Shown here: positions 38,046 through 48,491 of the stretch, one piece after another | Position numbering within the stretch: the first letter of the stretch is position 1 | How the letters are laid out: the number at the start of each line of letters is the position of its first letter | NCBI GenBank assembly: GCA_028704635.1 | Contig: JAQWFB010000005.1 | Span: forward strand, 26,223-90,222 | Length of the DNA stretch: 64,000 nucleotides | Reading direction: 5' to 3' | Source of the DNA: Candidatus Shapirobacteria bacterium | GTDB lineage: Bacteria; Patescibacteriota; Microgenomatia; UBA12405 | Translations under genes and position numbers: made by a program | The notes under the pieces: generated by a model | Seen by the model: only the letters and a program-made list of their open reading frames with translations | The model's database searches: none | What the model was told of the DNA's origin: nothing

Positions 38046-39115
38046 AACATTATATTCTTATCCTCTGCGGCGGAACTGGACCTCGCCTTTGGCCCTTATC
38101 CCGAAAAAGCAAGCCTAAACAATTTCTCTCTTTTTTTGATAAAAAATCAATTTTAGAACAAACGATTAAAAGATCTCAACGTATTGCCGATAATAAAAAT
38201 ATTTACATCGTTTCTGGAAATGATTATATCGATCGAATTCTTAAAATTGCCAAGGATTTTAATTTAACCAAAAACATAATTATTGAACCAGAGAAGAAAA
38301 ATACCGCCCTGGCTATTCTTTATGCCACTATAAAGATTAAACAAATTGATCCAAACGCTATCATCAGCACTTTTCCTTCCGATCATTATATTAAAAATAC
38401 TGCTCGATTAAAACAAACTCTCAATAAAGCCAAAACCATTGCCAATCTTACTGATACTATTGTTACTATTGGCATTAAACCCACTAAACCAGAATCATCT
38501 TATGGTTACATTTGCCCTAATCAAAAAATAGACGACTATTACAATGTTTCTAAATTTATAGAAAAACCAGATCTCGAAAAAGCTAAAAATTTAATTGAAA
38601 AAAATTCATATTGGAATTCTGGTATCTATACTTTTTCTGTCTCTACATTACTTTCTGAATTTGAAAAATTACAACCAGAATATTTTGAAATCGCCATGAA
38701 TTTAGAAAAAAATTTAGACTATCCTAAAAAAATAGAGCAAATTTATAAACAATCCCCAAATTTATCCATCGACAAAGCTATCTCCGAAAAAACATCAAAA
38801 ATGATTATGATTCCAGCCACTTTTGATTGGAATGATATTGGTGAATGGCACACTATTTTTGAAAGTTTACTAAAGAAAAAAGATAATCACGCCATCATCG
38901 ATTCTAAAACTCAATTTTTAAGTATTAATTCTCAAAGCTGCTTAGTTTCCGGTCAAGATAAAAAATTAATCGGGTTAGTTGGTTTGAATAATTTAGCCGT
39001 AATTGATACCCCCGACGCTCTTTTAGTTTGTAATTTAGACTCTAGTTATAGCGTTCGAGATTTAGTAAGCTTGATTGTGAAAAGTAAAAAATATAAAAAA
39101 TACTTTTTAAATTAA
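38027..39115 (+). CDS. manC: Mannose-1-phosphate guanylyltransferase
   Basis: LCGGTGPRLWPLSR..PKQF, EP..KNTA, PSDH, FIEKP, WNSG, SIDKA, WNDIG. Confidence 0.85.
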   Translation: MAESSIKHYILILCGGTGPRLWPLSRKSKPKQFLSFFDKKSILEQTIKRSQRIADNKNIYIVSGNDYIDRILKIAKDFNLTKNIIIEPEKKNTALAILYATIKIKQIDPNAIISTFPSDHYIKNTARLKQTLNKAKTIANLTDTIVTIGIKPTKPESSYGYICPNQKIDDYYNVSKFIEKPDLEKAKNLIEKNSYWNSGIYTFSVSTLLSEFEKLQPEYFEIAMNLEKNLDYPKKIEQIYKQSPNLSIDKAISEKTSKMIMIPATFDWNDIGEWHTIFESLLKKKDNHAIIDSKTQFLSINSQSCLVSGQDKKLIGLVGLNNLAVIDTPDALLVCNLDSSYSVRDLVSLIVKSKKYKKYFLN

Positions 39116-39117
39116 AA

Positions 39118-39756
39118 ATGAAAAAAACCTTATTTGCAATTTTTAAAAGAACAATTGATATTGTTGGCTCACTTATTCTGCTCATTTTATTTTCTCTTAT
39201 CATGTTAATTACTATGGTTTTAATCAAAATCAGCTCCCCAGGCCCAATTTTTTTTAAACAAAAAAGAGTTGGTAAAAACAGTCATCAATTTTGGATGTAT
39301 AAATTCCGTTCTATGTATACTGGCGATAATGATAAAAGACTAAGAGAAAATTATCCAGATCTTTGGAAAAAATATAAAGAAAGTGGTTGGAAACTAGAAA
39401 TGTCCGAAGATCCTCGTATCACCCCTATTGGTAAAAAAATTAGATCCCTTACTATCGACGAATTTCCTCAATTAATTAATGTGTTAAAAGGGGATATGAG
39501 TTTAGTTGGACCCAGAGCTTATCGAGAAGAAGAACTTCAAGAACAAGAAAAAAAATATCCTAAAACTAAAAAATATATTGATATTATCAGATCCGCTAAA
39601 CCAGGCATTACTGGTGTTTGGCAAACCAGTGGTCGAAATGATATTTCTTTTGAGCAACGAGCTAAAATGGATGCCGCATATATCAAAAAACAATCTTTTC
39701 TTGACGAAATACTTATAATTTTAAAAACGCCAACATCTATGTTGTCTCGTTGGTAA
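39118..39756 (+). CDS. Initiating sugar-phosphate transferase (Bac_transf, WcaJ/WbaP C-terminal type)
   Basis: KRTIDI, KFRSM, DPRIT.IG, DEFPQL.NVLKGDMSLVGPR, KPGITG.WQ.SGRN. Confidence 0.92.
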   Translation: MKKTLFAIFKRTIDIVGSLILLILFSLIMLITMVLIKISSPGPIFFKQKRVGKNSHQFWMYKFRSMYTGDNDKRLRENYPDLWKKYKESGWKLEMSEDPRITPIGKKIRSLTIDEFPQLINVLKGDMSLVGPRAYREEELQEQEKKYPKTKKYIDIIRSAKPGITGVWQTSGRNDISFEQRAKMDAAYIKKQSFLDEILIILKTPTSMLSRW

Positions 39757-39776
39757 TTTTAAGTTACACTTTTAAT

Positions 39777-41762
39777 ATGGAACAAGTAACATTAAATACG
39801 CCTCCAGTTATTTCTAGCCCACCAATTATCTCCCCGAATAAACCTACAGGTTCTGCTATTAAAACTGAATCCAACTCCAAAGAAAAAGTCAAAAAGAAAG
39901 TTTTACCGGTTCTTTATGTTCTATTAATTATTTTCTCTGTATTATTTGTTCTCCTTTTCTTTTTTATCTTTGTACCTGGTAAAAAAATATACGCCCAAAT
40001 CGGAAAAATTAGAGAGTCTGTTCCCACAATTAAACAAGCCATCAGCGATAAAGATTTGGATAAAATCAAAGAAACCTTGACCACAATTAAAACTCAAGAA
40101 GCTTCCATCGAAGCCAGTTATAAACAATTATCATGGATCAAAATTTTACCTGTTATAAATAATTATTATAAAGATGGCCAACAAGCTTTAATCATTGCTA
40201 AAGAGGGAATTGAAACTGGCGAAATTTTAGTTCAAGCCATTGAACCATATAAAGACTTTTTGGGCGCTAAAGGTAGTGCCACAAACAGTGAACAAACCAC
40301 CGAAGATCGTATTACCTTTTTAACTCAATCAGTTGAAGGATTAATCCCATATTTAGACCAAATTGAAACTAAAATAACTACTATTCAAAACGCCGCCGAT
40401 AAAATCGATCCTTCTCGCTATCCAGAAGAATTTAAAGGTTACAATATAAAATCCAATATCACTAAGCTTCAAGAAACAATTAATGAAAGTCACACATTAA
40501 TTAAAGATGGCAAACCAATTCTTTCCAAAATCTCTTGGCTTCTAGGTAAAGACAGCCCTAGAAAATATCTATTAGTTTTTCAAAATGACGGTGAACTCAG
40601 ACCAAGTGGTGGTTTTTGGACTGCCTTCAGTACCTTAACTGTCAAAGATGGAAAAGTAACTCCAGGCACTGCCAGTAATATTTACGATCTTGACGATAAA
40701 CTAAACAGTAAAATTGCAGCCCCAAGATTGATTAAGTCATACCACATAAATGTCCCTTATTTAACTCTTCGTGACAGTAATCTTTCACCAGACTTTCCAA
40801 CTGATGCTCAAATATTCTTAGAACAATACACAAAAGCTATGGGTGGTAAAGATAAGTTTGACGCTGTTATTGCTATTGATACTAATTTACTAGTTGATAT
40901 GGTTAAAATTTTAGGAAAATTAGATACCAGAGTTGGAACTTTTACCACCGAACCTGATAAAAGATGTGATGGCTGCCCTTCCATAATTTACGAACTAGAA
41001 TGGATTTCCGGACGACCAAGAAATTATATTGAAAAAAATCGAAAAGATTTCTTAAACCCTCTAATGTCGTCATTACTAGCGAATTTAATGGGGTCAGAAA
41101 AATCAAAAATGGGATCAATCATTGAAGCTGGTCTAAAAAATATTAATGAAAAACACGTTTTATTTTATTTTCCAGATGAAGAAATGCAAAAAATTGGAAA
41201 CCTAGCCAATATTACTGGAAAAATAATTGATGTTGACAAAAGTGTTGATTATATTCATTTAAACGATGCCAATTTTGCCAGTGCTAAAAGCAATATTTTT
41301 ATTACTCAAAAAATTAAACACGACATTACCATTAAAGATGGTGTAGCTGAACACAAAATTTCGGTAACTTATGATAATCCAACCGCCGCATCAAACTGTA
41401 ATTTGGAAAAGGGTGATTTATGTTTAAACGCCGCTCAATATCGTGACTTATTTAGATTTTATGTTCCAATCGGTTCTAAACTCATTAAAATGACTGGTTC
41501 AGAAGTTGAAGTAGAGCCTTATGAAGAACTAAATAAATTAGTTTTTGAAGGCTTTTATGGTAATAAATATGCTTTAAATGCCAAATCAAATCTTAAAACT
41601 TCAGTGCAATATACCTCAGGAGCTACTATCGGATCAACTTACACCTTAGTACTTCAAAAACAACCAGGGACAAAACCGGTTGAATATGAATTAACTATAA
41701 ACGGTGAAGAACAACCAATTTTCCAATGGGCAGCCGATAAAACCATCAAATTTTCTTTATAA
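39777..41762 (+). CDS. DUF4012-domain membrane-anchored protein
   Basis: YLLVFQNDGELRPSGGF, RDSNLSPDFPT, QKQPG motifs; ATG at 39777 preceded by TACACT -10. Confidence 0.8.
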   Translation: MEQVTLNTPPVISSPPIISPNKPTGSAIKTESNSKEKVKKKVLPVLYVLLIIFSVLFVLLFFFIFVPGKKIYAQIGKIRESVPTIKQAISDKDLDKIKETLTTIKTQEASIEASYKQLSWIKILPVINNYYKDGQQALIIAKEGIETGEILVQAIEPYKDFLGAKGSATNSEQTTEDRITFLTQSVEGLIPYLDQIETKITTIQNAADKIDPSRYPEEFKGYNIKSNITKLQETINESHTLIKDGKPILSKISWLLGKDSPRKYLLVFQNDGELRPSGGFWTAFSTLTVKDGKVTPGTASNIYDLDDKLNSKIAAPRLIKSYHINVPYLTLRDSNLSPDFPTDAQIFLEQYTKAMGGKDKFDAVIAIDTNLLVDMVKILGKLDTRVGTFTTEPDKRCDGCPSIIYELEWISGRPRNYIEKNRKDFLNPLMSSLLANLMGSEKSKMGSIIEAGLKNINEKHVLFYFPDEEMQKIGNLANITGKIIDVDKSVDYIHLNDANFASAKSNIFITQKIKHDITIKDGVAEHKISVTYDNPTAASNCNLEKGDLCLNAAQYRDLFRFYVPIGSKLIKMTGSEVEVEPYEELNKLVFEGFYGNKYALNAKSNLKTSVQYTSGATIGSTYTLVLQKQPGTKPVEYELTINGEEQPIFQWAADKTIKFSL

Positions 41763-42322
41763 TGGATAAATACCAAAACACAATTGGTATTGTTATTAAT
41801 AAAAAAACTGTCAAAGAAACTGATTTATTGATAACTCTTTTAACCCCAAGGAAAGGAAAAATAATTGCTTTAGCTAAAGGCGCCAAAAATATCAAAAGTA
41901 GTAGACTAAGTTCACTCCAGCTTGGTAACACTATCAAAGTCCAACTTTATCAAAAAAATGATTTTTTATGGTTATCAGAAGCCCAAACCATTACCCCGTT
42001 TTTACAAACCAGTAAAAGTCTCACCCAAATAAATCTATTATTTTATTTTTTAGAAATTTTAAATCGTCTCATCGCTGAAAATCAACAAATTGAAAATATT
42101 TATCAAATATCCCAAGAAATTATCGACGCCATCAATCAAAATCAATTAAATCGATATATTAAAAACGAAATTCTTTTTTTAGAAACCCTCGGCTTTGGTG
42201 TTCCTAATGAAATAAATTTATATTTTCAAAAAAAAGACTATAAAACTACTCAACAATTAATCAAAGGATTTTTTGAATCCATCATCGAAAAACCTTTAGA
42301 ATCAAATAAACTTTTCAAATAA
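41762..42322 (+). CDS. recO: DNA repair protein RecO (short form)
   Basis: GIVI....KETD.LITLLT...GKI.ALAKGA...KS OB-fold N-terminus. Confidence 0.82.
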   Translation: MDKYQNTIGIVINKKTVKETDLLITLLTPRKGKIIALAKGAKNIKSSRLSSLQLGNTIKVQLYQKNDFLWLSEAQTITPFLQTSKSLTQINLLFYFLEILNRLIAENQQIENIYQISQEIIDAINQNQLNRYIKNEILFLETLGFGVPNEINLYFQKKDYKTTQQLIKGFFESIIEKPLESNKLFK

Positions 42323-42340
42323 TCTCAGGTATAATATTCC

Positions 42341-43663
42341 ATGGCAGAAAAAAATCAAACCGAACTCGTTAGTAAAATCGTCAGTCTTTGTAAAAGGCGC
42401 GGAATTATTTTTCAAAACTCAGAAATCTACGGCGGTGTCCAAGGTTTCTATGATTATGGCCCTGTCGGTTCTTTGATGAAATTAAATTGGAAAAATCTTT
42501 GGTGGACTGATAATGTCGTCAAACGACGAGATGTCGTTGGTATCGACGGTTCTATTATTACCCATCCTACTGTTTGGCAAGCTTCTGGCCATGTCAAGAA
42601 TTTTGCCGATGTTATGGTTGAATGTAAATCTTGTCACAAAAGATTCCGCCCCGATCTTCTCGATGATACATCTAAATGTCCCGAATGTGGCGGTCAATTT
42701 ACTGAAGGTCGAAAATACAACATTTTATTTGAAACTGAAATTGGTGTCATCGAAGGTGAAAAACAACACGCCTATTTAAGAGGGGAAGCCTGCCAGACCA
42801 TTTATCTCGATTTTAAAAATATTGTCGATTCTTGTCGTGTCAAAATCCCCTTTGGTATTGCTCAAATTGGAAAAGCTTTCCGAAATGAAATCACTCCAAA
42901 AAATTTCCTCTATCGCACCCGAGAATTTGAACAATGGGACATTCAATATTTTGTTCATCCTACCGAAATGGACAAATGGTTTGAATATTGGAAAGAAAAT
43001 CGCATGACTTGGTATAAAAAAATATTTAATAATTCCGAAAATTTAAGATTTAGAGAACATGCTAAAGACGAATTAGCTTTTTATGCAAAAAAAGCTTTTG
43101 ATATTGAATATAATGCTCCTTGGGGTTGGGCAGAAATGGAAGGAATTCATTGGCGTTCTGATTATGATTTGACCCAACATTCCAAATTCAGTGGCCAAGA
43201 TCTTTCCTATCTCGATCCGATCACTCACGAAAAATATTTACCTCATATCACCGAAACTTCTGGTGGTGTCGACCGTAGTTTCTTTTTTATACTCCTCGAT
43301 GCTTACCGCGAAGAAAAAAACGAATCAGGAGAAATTCGTACTGTTTTAAAAATAAATCCCAAAATTTCTGCCTATAAAATGGCTATTCTTCCACTTGCCG
43401 CCAATAAGCCAGAATTGATCAAAAAAGCTGAAGATATTTTTGAAAAATTAAATGAAAAATATTCAGTTGATTGGGATGACAGTAGTAATATCGGTAAAAA
43501 ATATCGTCGCCAAGACGAAATCGGTACTCCTTGGTGTTTAGTTATTGATTATCAAACTCTCGAAGATAACACAGTCAGTATCCGTGATCGAGATACTATG
43601 AAACAAATCCGAATTAAGGCCGATGAGGTTGACAATTGGCTGGAAAAACAGTTAAATAAATAA
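42341..43663 (+). CDS. glyQS: Glycine--tRNA ligase (alpha2 homodimeric type)
   Basis: LCKRRG, EIYGG..GFYDYGP.G, QIGKAFRNEITP, RTREFEQ, IGKKYRRQDEIGTP. Confidence 0.93.
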   Translation: MAEKNQTELVSKIVSLCKRRGIIFQNSEIYGGVQGFYDYGPVGSLMKLNWKNLWWTDNVVKRRDVVGIDGSIITHPTVWQASGHVKNFADVMVECKSCHKRFRPDLLDDTSKCPECGGQFTEGRKYNILFETEIGVIEGEKQHAYLRGEACQTIYLDFKNIVDSCRVKIPFGIAQIGKAFRNEITPKNFLYRTREFEQWDIQYFVHPTEMDKWFEYWKENRMTWYKKIFNNSENLRFREHAKDELAFYAKKAFDIEYNAPWGWAEMEGIHWRSDYDLTQHSKFSGQDLSYLDPITHEKYLPHITETSGGVDRSFFFILLDAYREEKNESGEIRTVLKINPKISAYKMAILPLAANKPELIKKAEDIFEKLNEKYSVDWDDSSNIGKKYRRQDEIGTPWCLVIDYQTLEDNTVSIRDRDTMKQIRIKADEVDNWLEKQLNK

Positions 43664-43664
43664 T

Positions 43665-44378
43665 ATGAAGAAATCAATAATAATTTTTATTTCTATTGGT
43701 GTTGTTATTTTAGTCTCATTAATTTTATTTTTTACTTTAAATAAAAAAAATACTCCTGAAACCAAAACTACCACTAAAACCACTAAAGCTTCTAAAAAAA
43801 TTGAATTGTCGGCTGACGAAAAACCCTATATTAATCTTATTCCCACTGTCGATGGTCATACCTTATCCCTTAAAATCACTCAAATTCCATCTAAATTTAC
43901 CAGTATCGATTACGAATTAATTTACACTGCTAAAGATGAAAATATAGAAATTGAAAAAGGAGTCAGCGGTACTATAAAAAATTCTGAATATTCTTCAGCT
44001 AAAGATCTTTTATTAGGTACTGCTAGTTGTACCAACGGTTGTAAATATAAATATGATGAAGGTGTCACTGGTGGAATTCTTACTTTAACTTTAGCCACCG
44101 ACAATAAAGAATATGTCGCTTACGAAACTCCATTTGTTTTAACTAATTCCGCCGACATTAACAAAGAAAAGAAAATAAGTTTGACTGAGGAAAATTTTAT
44201 TATCAATGGCACTGTCACTTCCAAAAGTGATTTCTTCATCGCCTTTAAAAATTTCCAATCCCTTTATTCTGTTTTCTCCAGCGGCAATGGTAAAGGCAAA
44301 ATTACTTCAATCGAGCCAACCACTGTTACTAAAACCGATTTAACCTCAATAACTGGTGATTACACCATTACTCAATAA
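43665..44378 (+). CDS. Hypothetical membrane-anchored protein
   Basis: N-terminal TM, Thr/Lys linker, LLGTASCTNGCKY motif. Confidence 0.7.
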   Translation: MKKSIIIFISIGVVILVSLILFFTLNKKNTPETKTTTKTTKASKKIELSADEKPYINLIPTVDGHTLSLKITQIPSKFTSIDYELIYTAKDENIEIEKGVSGTIKNSEYSSAKDLLLGTASCTNGCKYKYDEGVTGGILTLTLATDNKEYVAYETPFVLTNSADINKEKKISLTEENFIINGTVTSKSDFFIAFKNFQSLYSVFSSGNGKGKITSIEPTTVTKTDLTSITGDYTITQ

Positions 44379-45262
44379 TGGAATTTCACACTCCTGTACT
44401 GTTAACTGAAACCATCGATCTTCTTGATGTCCAAAAAAATAAAATTTATATTGACGGCACTCTTGGTCATGGTGGGCATACTCTAGAAATTCTTAAAAGA
44501 GGCGGCATTGTATATGGTGTCGATCAAGACCCAAAAAATTTAGAAATCGCCACCAATCGAATCAAAAAAGCAGGATTTGAAAAACAATTTTTTCCAATTC
44601 ACAATAATTTTAATCAATTAGAAAATATTGTTAATAAAAATATTAAACAAAAGATTGACGGTCTAATCATTGATCTTGGTCTTAGTCAAAATCAGCAAAC
44701 CGATCAAGACAGGGGGTTTTCATTCAATGATGAAAATTCTCTCGATATGAGATTAGATCCAGAAAACCAAGAATTGACCGCCGAAGAAATTATTAATACC
44801 TATGATTACGATCAACTTTTCGAAATATTTAGTAAATATGCCCAAGAGGTCTATAGTAAACCGATCACTTTAAAAATTATCAGGGAACGCCAAAAAAAAC
44901 CAATTAAAACAGCCACAAGATTGGCAAATATTGTTAGAGATTTTTATAAAGAACGCCACATTAAATCAAAAATTGATCCCAGTACTAAAATATTTTTAAG
45001 TCTCAGAATTGTGGTTAACGACGAATTTAACAATTTAAAAAATTTCCTTGTTCAAAGTTTAAGAACTGTTGATAAAAACAGTAATGTTTGTATCATTTCT
45101 TTTCATTCCGGTGAAGATCGAATTGTTAAGCAATTCATCAAAGAATACTCTGATCAAAAAGTTATTATCGAAAACAAAAAACCTACTAAAACCTCTTTTC
45201 AAGAAACAAAGAAAAACCCTTTATCTCGCTCAGCTACTCTAAGATCGTATAAAATAGTATAA
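44378..45262 (+). CDS. rsmH: 16S rRNA m4C1402 methyltransferase RsmH (MraW)
   Basis: HTPVLL.E, DGTLGHGGH, RGFSF....LDMR, ISFHSGEDRIVK, NPLSRSA.LR. Confidence 0.95.
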   Translation: MEFHTPVLLTETIDLLDVQKNKIYIDGTLGHGGHTLEILKRGGIVYGVDQDPKNLEIATNRIKKAGFEKQFFPIHNNFNQLENIVNKNIKQKIDGLIIDLGLSQNQQTDQDRGFSFNDENSLDMRLDPENQELTAEEIINTYDYDQLFEIFSKYAQEVYSKPITLKIIRERQKKPIKTATRLANIVRDFYKERHIKSKIDPSTKIFLSLRIVVNDEFNNLKNFLVQSLRTVDKNSNVCIISFHSGEDRIVKQFIKEYSDQKVIIENKKPTKTSFQETKKNPLSRSATLRSYKIV

Positions 45263-45263
45263 G

Positions 45264-45521
45264 ATGTTAAACAAACCGTTTTTTTTACTCATCTTTTTTT
45301 TGATAATTATTCAGGTCATTTTTTCGTTTTATTATTCCAGTGAAATTATTAATCAGAATAATTTAATTAATCAAAATCAAATCAATCTTCAATCTATTAA
45401 GATTAAAAATCAAGAATTAGAGGAAGAACTGGCCACTTTATCATCTTTATCTAGAATCGAAGCCACTGCCAGTCAAAAAAATTACAAAAATCTAAAAGAA
45501 ACTATAAATCTTCAAAATTAA
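45264..45521 (+). CDS. FtsL-like cell division protein
   Basis: TM plus coiled coil with SLSRIE; position between rsmH and ftsI. Confidence 0.6.
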   Translation: MLNKPFFLLIFFLIIIQVIFSFYYSSEIINQNNLINQNQINLQSIKIKNQELEEELATLSSLSRIEATASQKNYKNLKETINLQN

Positions 45522-45522
45522 A

Positions 45523-47175
45523 GTGCAAAATTCAAGATCTAAAATATTATCTATCGCTCTCACTTTTTGTTTTATTATTGTTTCTTTTCGTTTTTTTTAT
45601 TGGCAGGTTTTAAAAGCCCCGGAATTAAAAGAAAAAGCTAAAAATCAAACTTACAAACTTGAAAAATTATTACCAGAACGTGGAAAAATATATTCTTCTG
45701 ATAATTTTCCTTTGGTTTTAAATCAAACTACTTACCAACTTTCCCTTTATAAACCAAATTTTAAAGAAGATTTGGATAAAATTTTAGACCAAATTGAACA
45801 AACTTATCCAAATTTTAAAACTGAAAATAGCGAATCTCTGGAAAAATTTAAAAATAATCCAAACCAAAAATGGATAACTTTCAACTCTGCCTTAAACGAA
45901 AAACAAAAAAATACGTTATATATACCCGGAATTGAATTTCAAAAAATAGAAAAAAGATTTTATCCAGAAAATTCCATGGCTAAAGATATTCTTGGAGCTA
46001 TTGGTAAAGATCTTAGCGGAAACCAAATTGGATATGGCGGTCTCGAAGCTTTTTATCAAAAACAATTACAAGGAAAAACTGGTTTCGTTTGGGGACCCCA
46101 AGATGCCACCGGAAAAACTATTTTAAATAAAAAAAGTTGGAGTTCAGACGCTGTTAATGGCAGAAATATTTTTACCAATATTAATCGCAGTGCTCAATTT
46201 TACGTTGAAAAACTTCTTCAAAAAGGTATTAATGAATTTTCTGCTGATTCTGGCTCAATTACCATTATAGAACCAAAAACCGGAGCTGTTTTAGCTATGG
46301 CGTCTCTCACTGCCACCAATTCTGCTACTATCAGTTCAATCAGAAATCCTGCCATTTCTAATCTTTTTGAACCAGGATCAATTTTTAAACCATTAATAGT
46401 TTCTATGGCTCTCGACACTAAAGCCATCGACACCAATTACATCTGTACAAAATGTAATCAACCCCATACTATCGGTAAATATAATATTAGTAATTGGGAT
46501 AGCGAATTTCATGCTGATTCTAGTCTCCGAGATATTATTAAAAATTCCGACAACATCGGCATGAGTTATATTATTGCCAAACTTGGTCTTAATAATTTTT
46601 TAAATTATTATCAAAAACTCGGTCTAACCCAAAAAACCGGCATTGATCTTCAAGGGGAAGCTAAACCGACAGTTAAAACTGAGTGGCCAGAAATCGATTT
46701 AGCCACTGCTTCTTTCGGGCAAGGAATTGTTGTTACTCAAATCGGCATGCTCCAAGCTTTTAACACTATCGCTAATGACGGTATTTTAGTCAAACCTAAA
46801 GTCGTCAGTTATTTTACTGAAAACGATAAAATTATTAAAAATAAGAATCAAAAAGAAATCCAAGTTTTTAATCAACAAACCATAAAAGATATTAAATCGA
46901 TTTTAAAATATTCAGTTGAAAATGGTGTTGTCGCCAAAATGAAGCCTGAAAATCTTGAGGTTTGTGCTAAAAGCGGCACAGCTCAAGTAGCTATCAGTGG
47001 CAGTTATGAAAATAATTCTTCCACTATTGCTTCATATATTGGTTTTTCTCCTTGTTATAATCCCAAATTTACTATGATTGTCACTATTAATAACCCAAAA
47101 ACCTCACCATGGGGATCAAGCACTGCTGCTCCAATTTGGTATGAATTAGCATCAAAATTAAACGATTTGTTATAA
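45523..47175 (+). CDS. ftsI: Class B penicillin-binding protein (FtsI/PBP2-like)
   Basis: RGKI, RFYP, GLE, EPGSIFK (SxxK), SDN (SxN), KSGT. Confidence 0.85.
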   Translation: MQNSRSKILSIALTFCFIIVSFRFFYWQVLKAPELKEKAKNQTYKLEKLLPERGKIYSSDNFPLVLNQTTYQLSLYKPNFKEDLDKILDQIEQTYPNFKTENSESLEKFKNNPNQKWITFNSALNEKQKNTLYIPGIEFQKIEKRFYPENSMAKDILGAIGKDLSGNQIGYGGLEAFYQKQLQGKTGFVWGPQDATGKTILNKKSWSSDAVNGRNIFTNINRSAQFYVEKLLQKGINEFSADSGSITIIEPKTGAVLAMASLTATNSATISSIRNPAISNLFEPGSIFKPLIVSMALDTKAIDTNYICTKCNQPHTIGKYNISNWDSEFHADSSLRDIIKNSDNIGMSYIIAKLGLNNFLNYYQKLGLTQKTGIDLQGEAKPTVKTEWPEIDLATASFGQGIVVTQIGMLQAFNTIANDGILVKPKVVSYFTENDKIIKNKNQKEIQVFNQQTIKDIKSILKYSVENGVVAKMKPENLEVCAKSGTAQVAISGSYENNSSTIASYIGFSPCYNPKFTMIVTINNPKTSPWGSSTAAPIWYELASKLNDLL

Positions 47176-47188
47176 TTGAATACTTTCA

Positions 47189-48490
47189 ATGGTTCAAAAA
47201 TTTAAAAACGTCTTTCTACATTTACCAAAAAGTTTTTTTTACAATTTAAAGTACAGTTTTCCAAGTAAAAAATTAACTCTAATTGGTATCACTGGAACAG
47301 ACGGTAAAACTACTACTTGCACCCTAATTAATGAAATATTAAAACAATCTGGTCTAAAGACTGGGTTAATTACCACTATTGGTGCAAAAATTGGCGATAA
47401 AGAAATAGATACTGGCTTTCATACCACCACTCCAGACCCATCTATTCTTCAAAAAATTTTTAATGATATGGTGAAGGCTAGAATAACCCATGTTGTTTGT
47501 GAAGTTACCTCGCATGCCCTTGATCAATATCGTTTTTGGGGTTGCAACTTTGAAGTTTCTGGTATTACCAACACCTCACATGAGCATCTCGATTATCACA
47601 AAGATATAGAATCTTATATTGGAACTAAAGCCAAGCTTTTTTCAGTTTCCAAAAGTGCTGTTTTAAATAAAGATGATCAATCTTTCGACCTTATAAAAAA
47701 ACAAATTAAAATCCCTTTTAAAACATTTAGTATTAAAAAAACTTCAGACTATCAAGCCCAAAAAATTAAATTAGATTCAAACTCATTAAGCTTCCATATT
47801 AATGGTCAAAAATTTACTACCGACAGTAATTACGAATATCAAGTCTACAATATCCTTTTAGCCACCGCAATTTGCTACAAATTAGGAATAAGTTCAGAAA
47901 TAATTCAACGAGTAATAAAACATTTTCCAGAAACAAAAGGTCGTCGAGAAGAAATTCAAAATGAACTCAAATTTAAAACCATTATCGATTTTGCCCACAC
48001 TCCATTTGCTCTCGAGTCATCACTTTCTTCACTTAAGAAAACTAACCAAGGAAAAACTATAGTCATTTTTGGGGCCACTGGTGGACGAGATCAAAGTAAG
48101 CGCCCAATAATGGGTGAAATTGTTTCTAAATTAGCCAACATTGCCTTAATCACTTCCGACGATACTAGAAATGAAAAAATAGAAAATATTAATAAACAAA
48201 TAATAAGTGGTATTGATCCAAAAAAATCAGAATTGGTTGATTATCAAGAAGTTAAAAATAAAAAACAAATTCAAAAAGTACTCGAATTATCCAATAAAAA
48301 GTTTATATATTTTAATATTCCCAATCGCCAAGATGCTTTTAATTTGGCCATAAAATTAGCCCAGCCTAACGATGTTGTTATCGCCTGCGGTAAGGGCCAT
48401 GAAACCACTATTCTCCATGGACACACCGAATATCCCTGGTCAGAAGCAGAAGCTTTTAGAACCGCTTTCAGACTTCGAAAAACAAAATAA
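47189..48490 (+). CDS. murE: MurE-type Mur ligase (N-terminal domain absent)
   Basis: GITGTDGKTTT, TTPD, EVTSHALDQ.R, EHLDYH, DFAHTP, GATGGRD..KR..MG, GKGHE. Confidence 0.88.
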   Translation: MVQKFKNVFLHLPKSFFYNLKYSFPSKKLTLIGITGTDGKTTTCTLINEILKQSGLKTGLITTIGAKIGDKEIDTGFHTTTPDPSILQKIFNDMVKARITHVVCEVTSHALDQYRFWGCNFEVSGITNTSHEHLDYHKDIESYIGTKAKLFSVSKSAVLNKDDQSFDLIKKQIKIPFKTFSIKKTSDYQAQKIKLDSNSLSFHINGQKFTTDSNYEYQVYNILLATAICYKLGISSEIIQRVIKHFPETKGRREEIQNELKFKTIIDFAHTPFALESSLSSLKKTNQGKTIVIFGATGGRDQSKRPIMGEIVSKLANIALITSDDTRNEKIENINKQIISGIDPKKSELVDYQEVKNKKQIQKVLELSNKKFIYFNIPNRQDAFNLAIKLAQPNDVVIACGKGHETTILHGHTEYPWSEAEAFRTAFRLRKTK

Positions 48491-48491
48491 T

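Noticed and set aside
48372-48491. N-terminal extension of the Bpt-like ORF, or a murE frameshift fusion
   Set aside because: The extension overlaps the conserved murE C-terminus (GKGHE); an ATG 1 nt after the murE stop is the simpler start.
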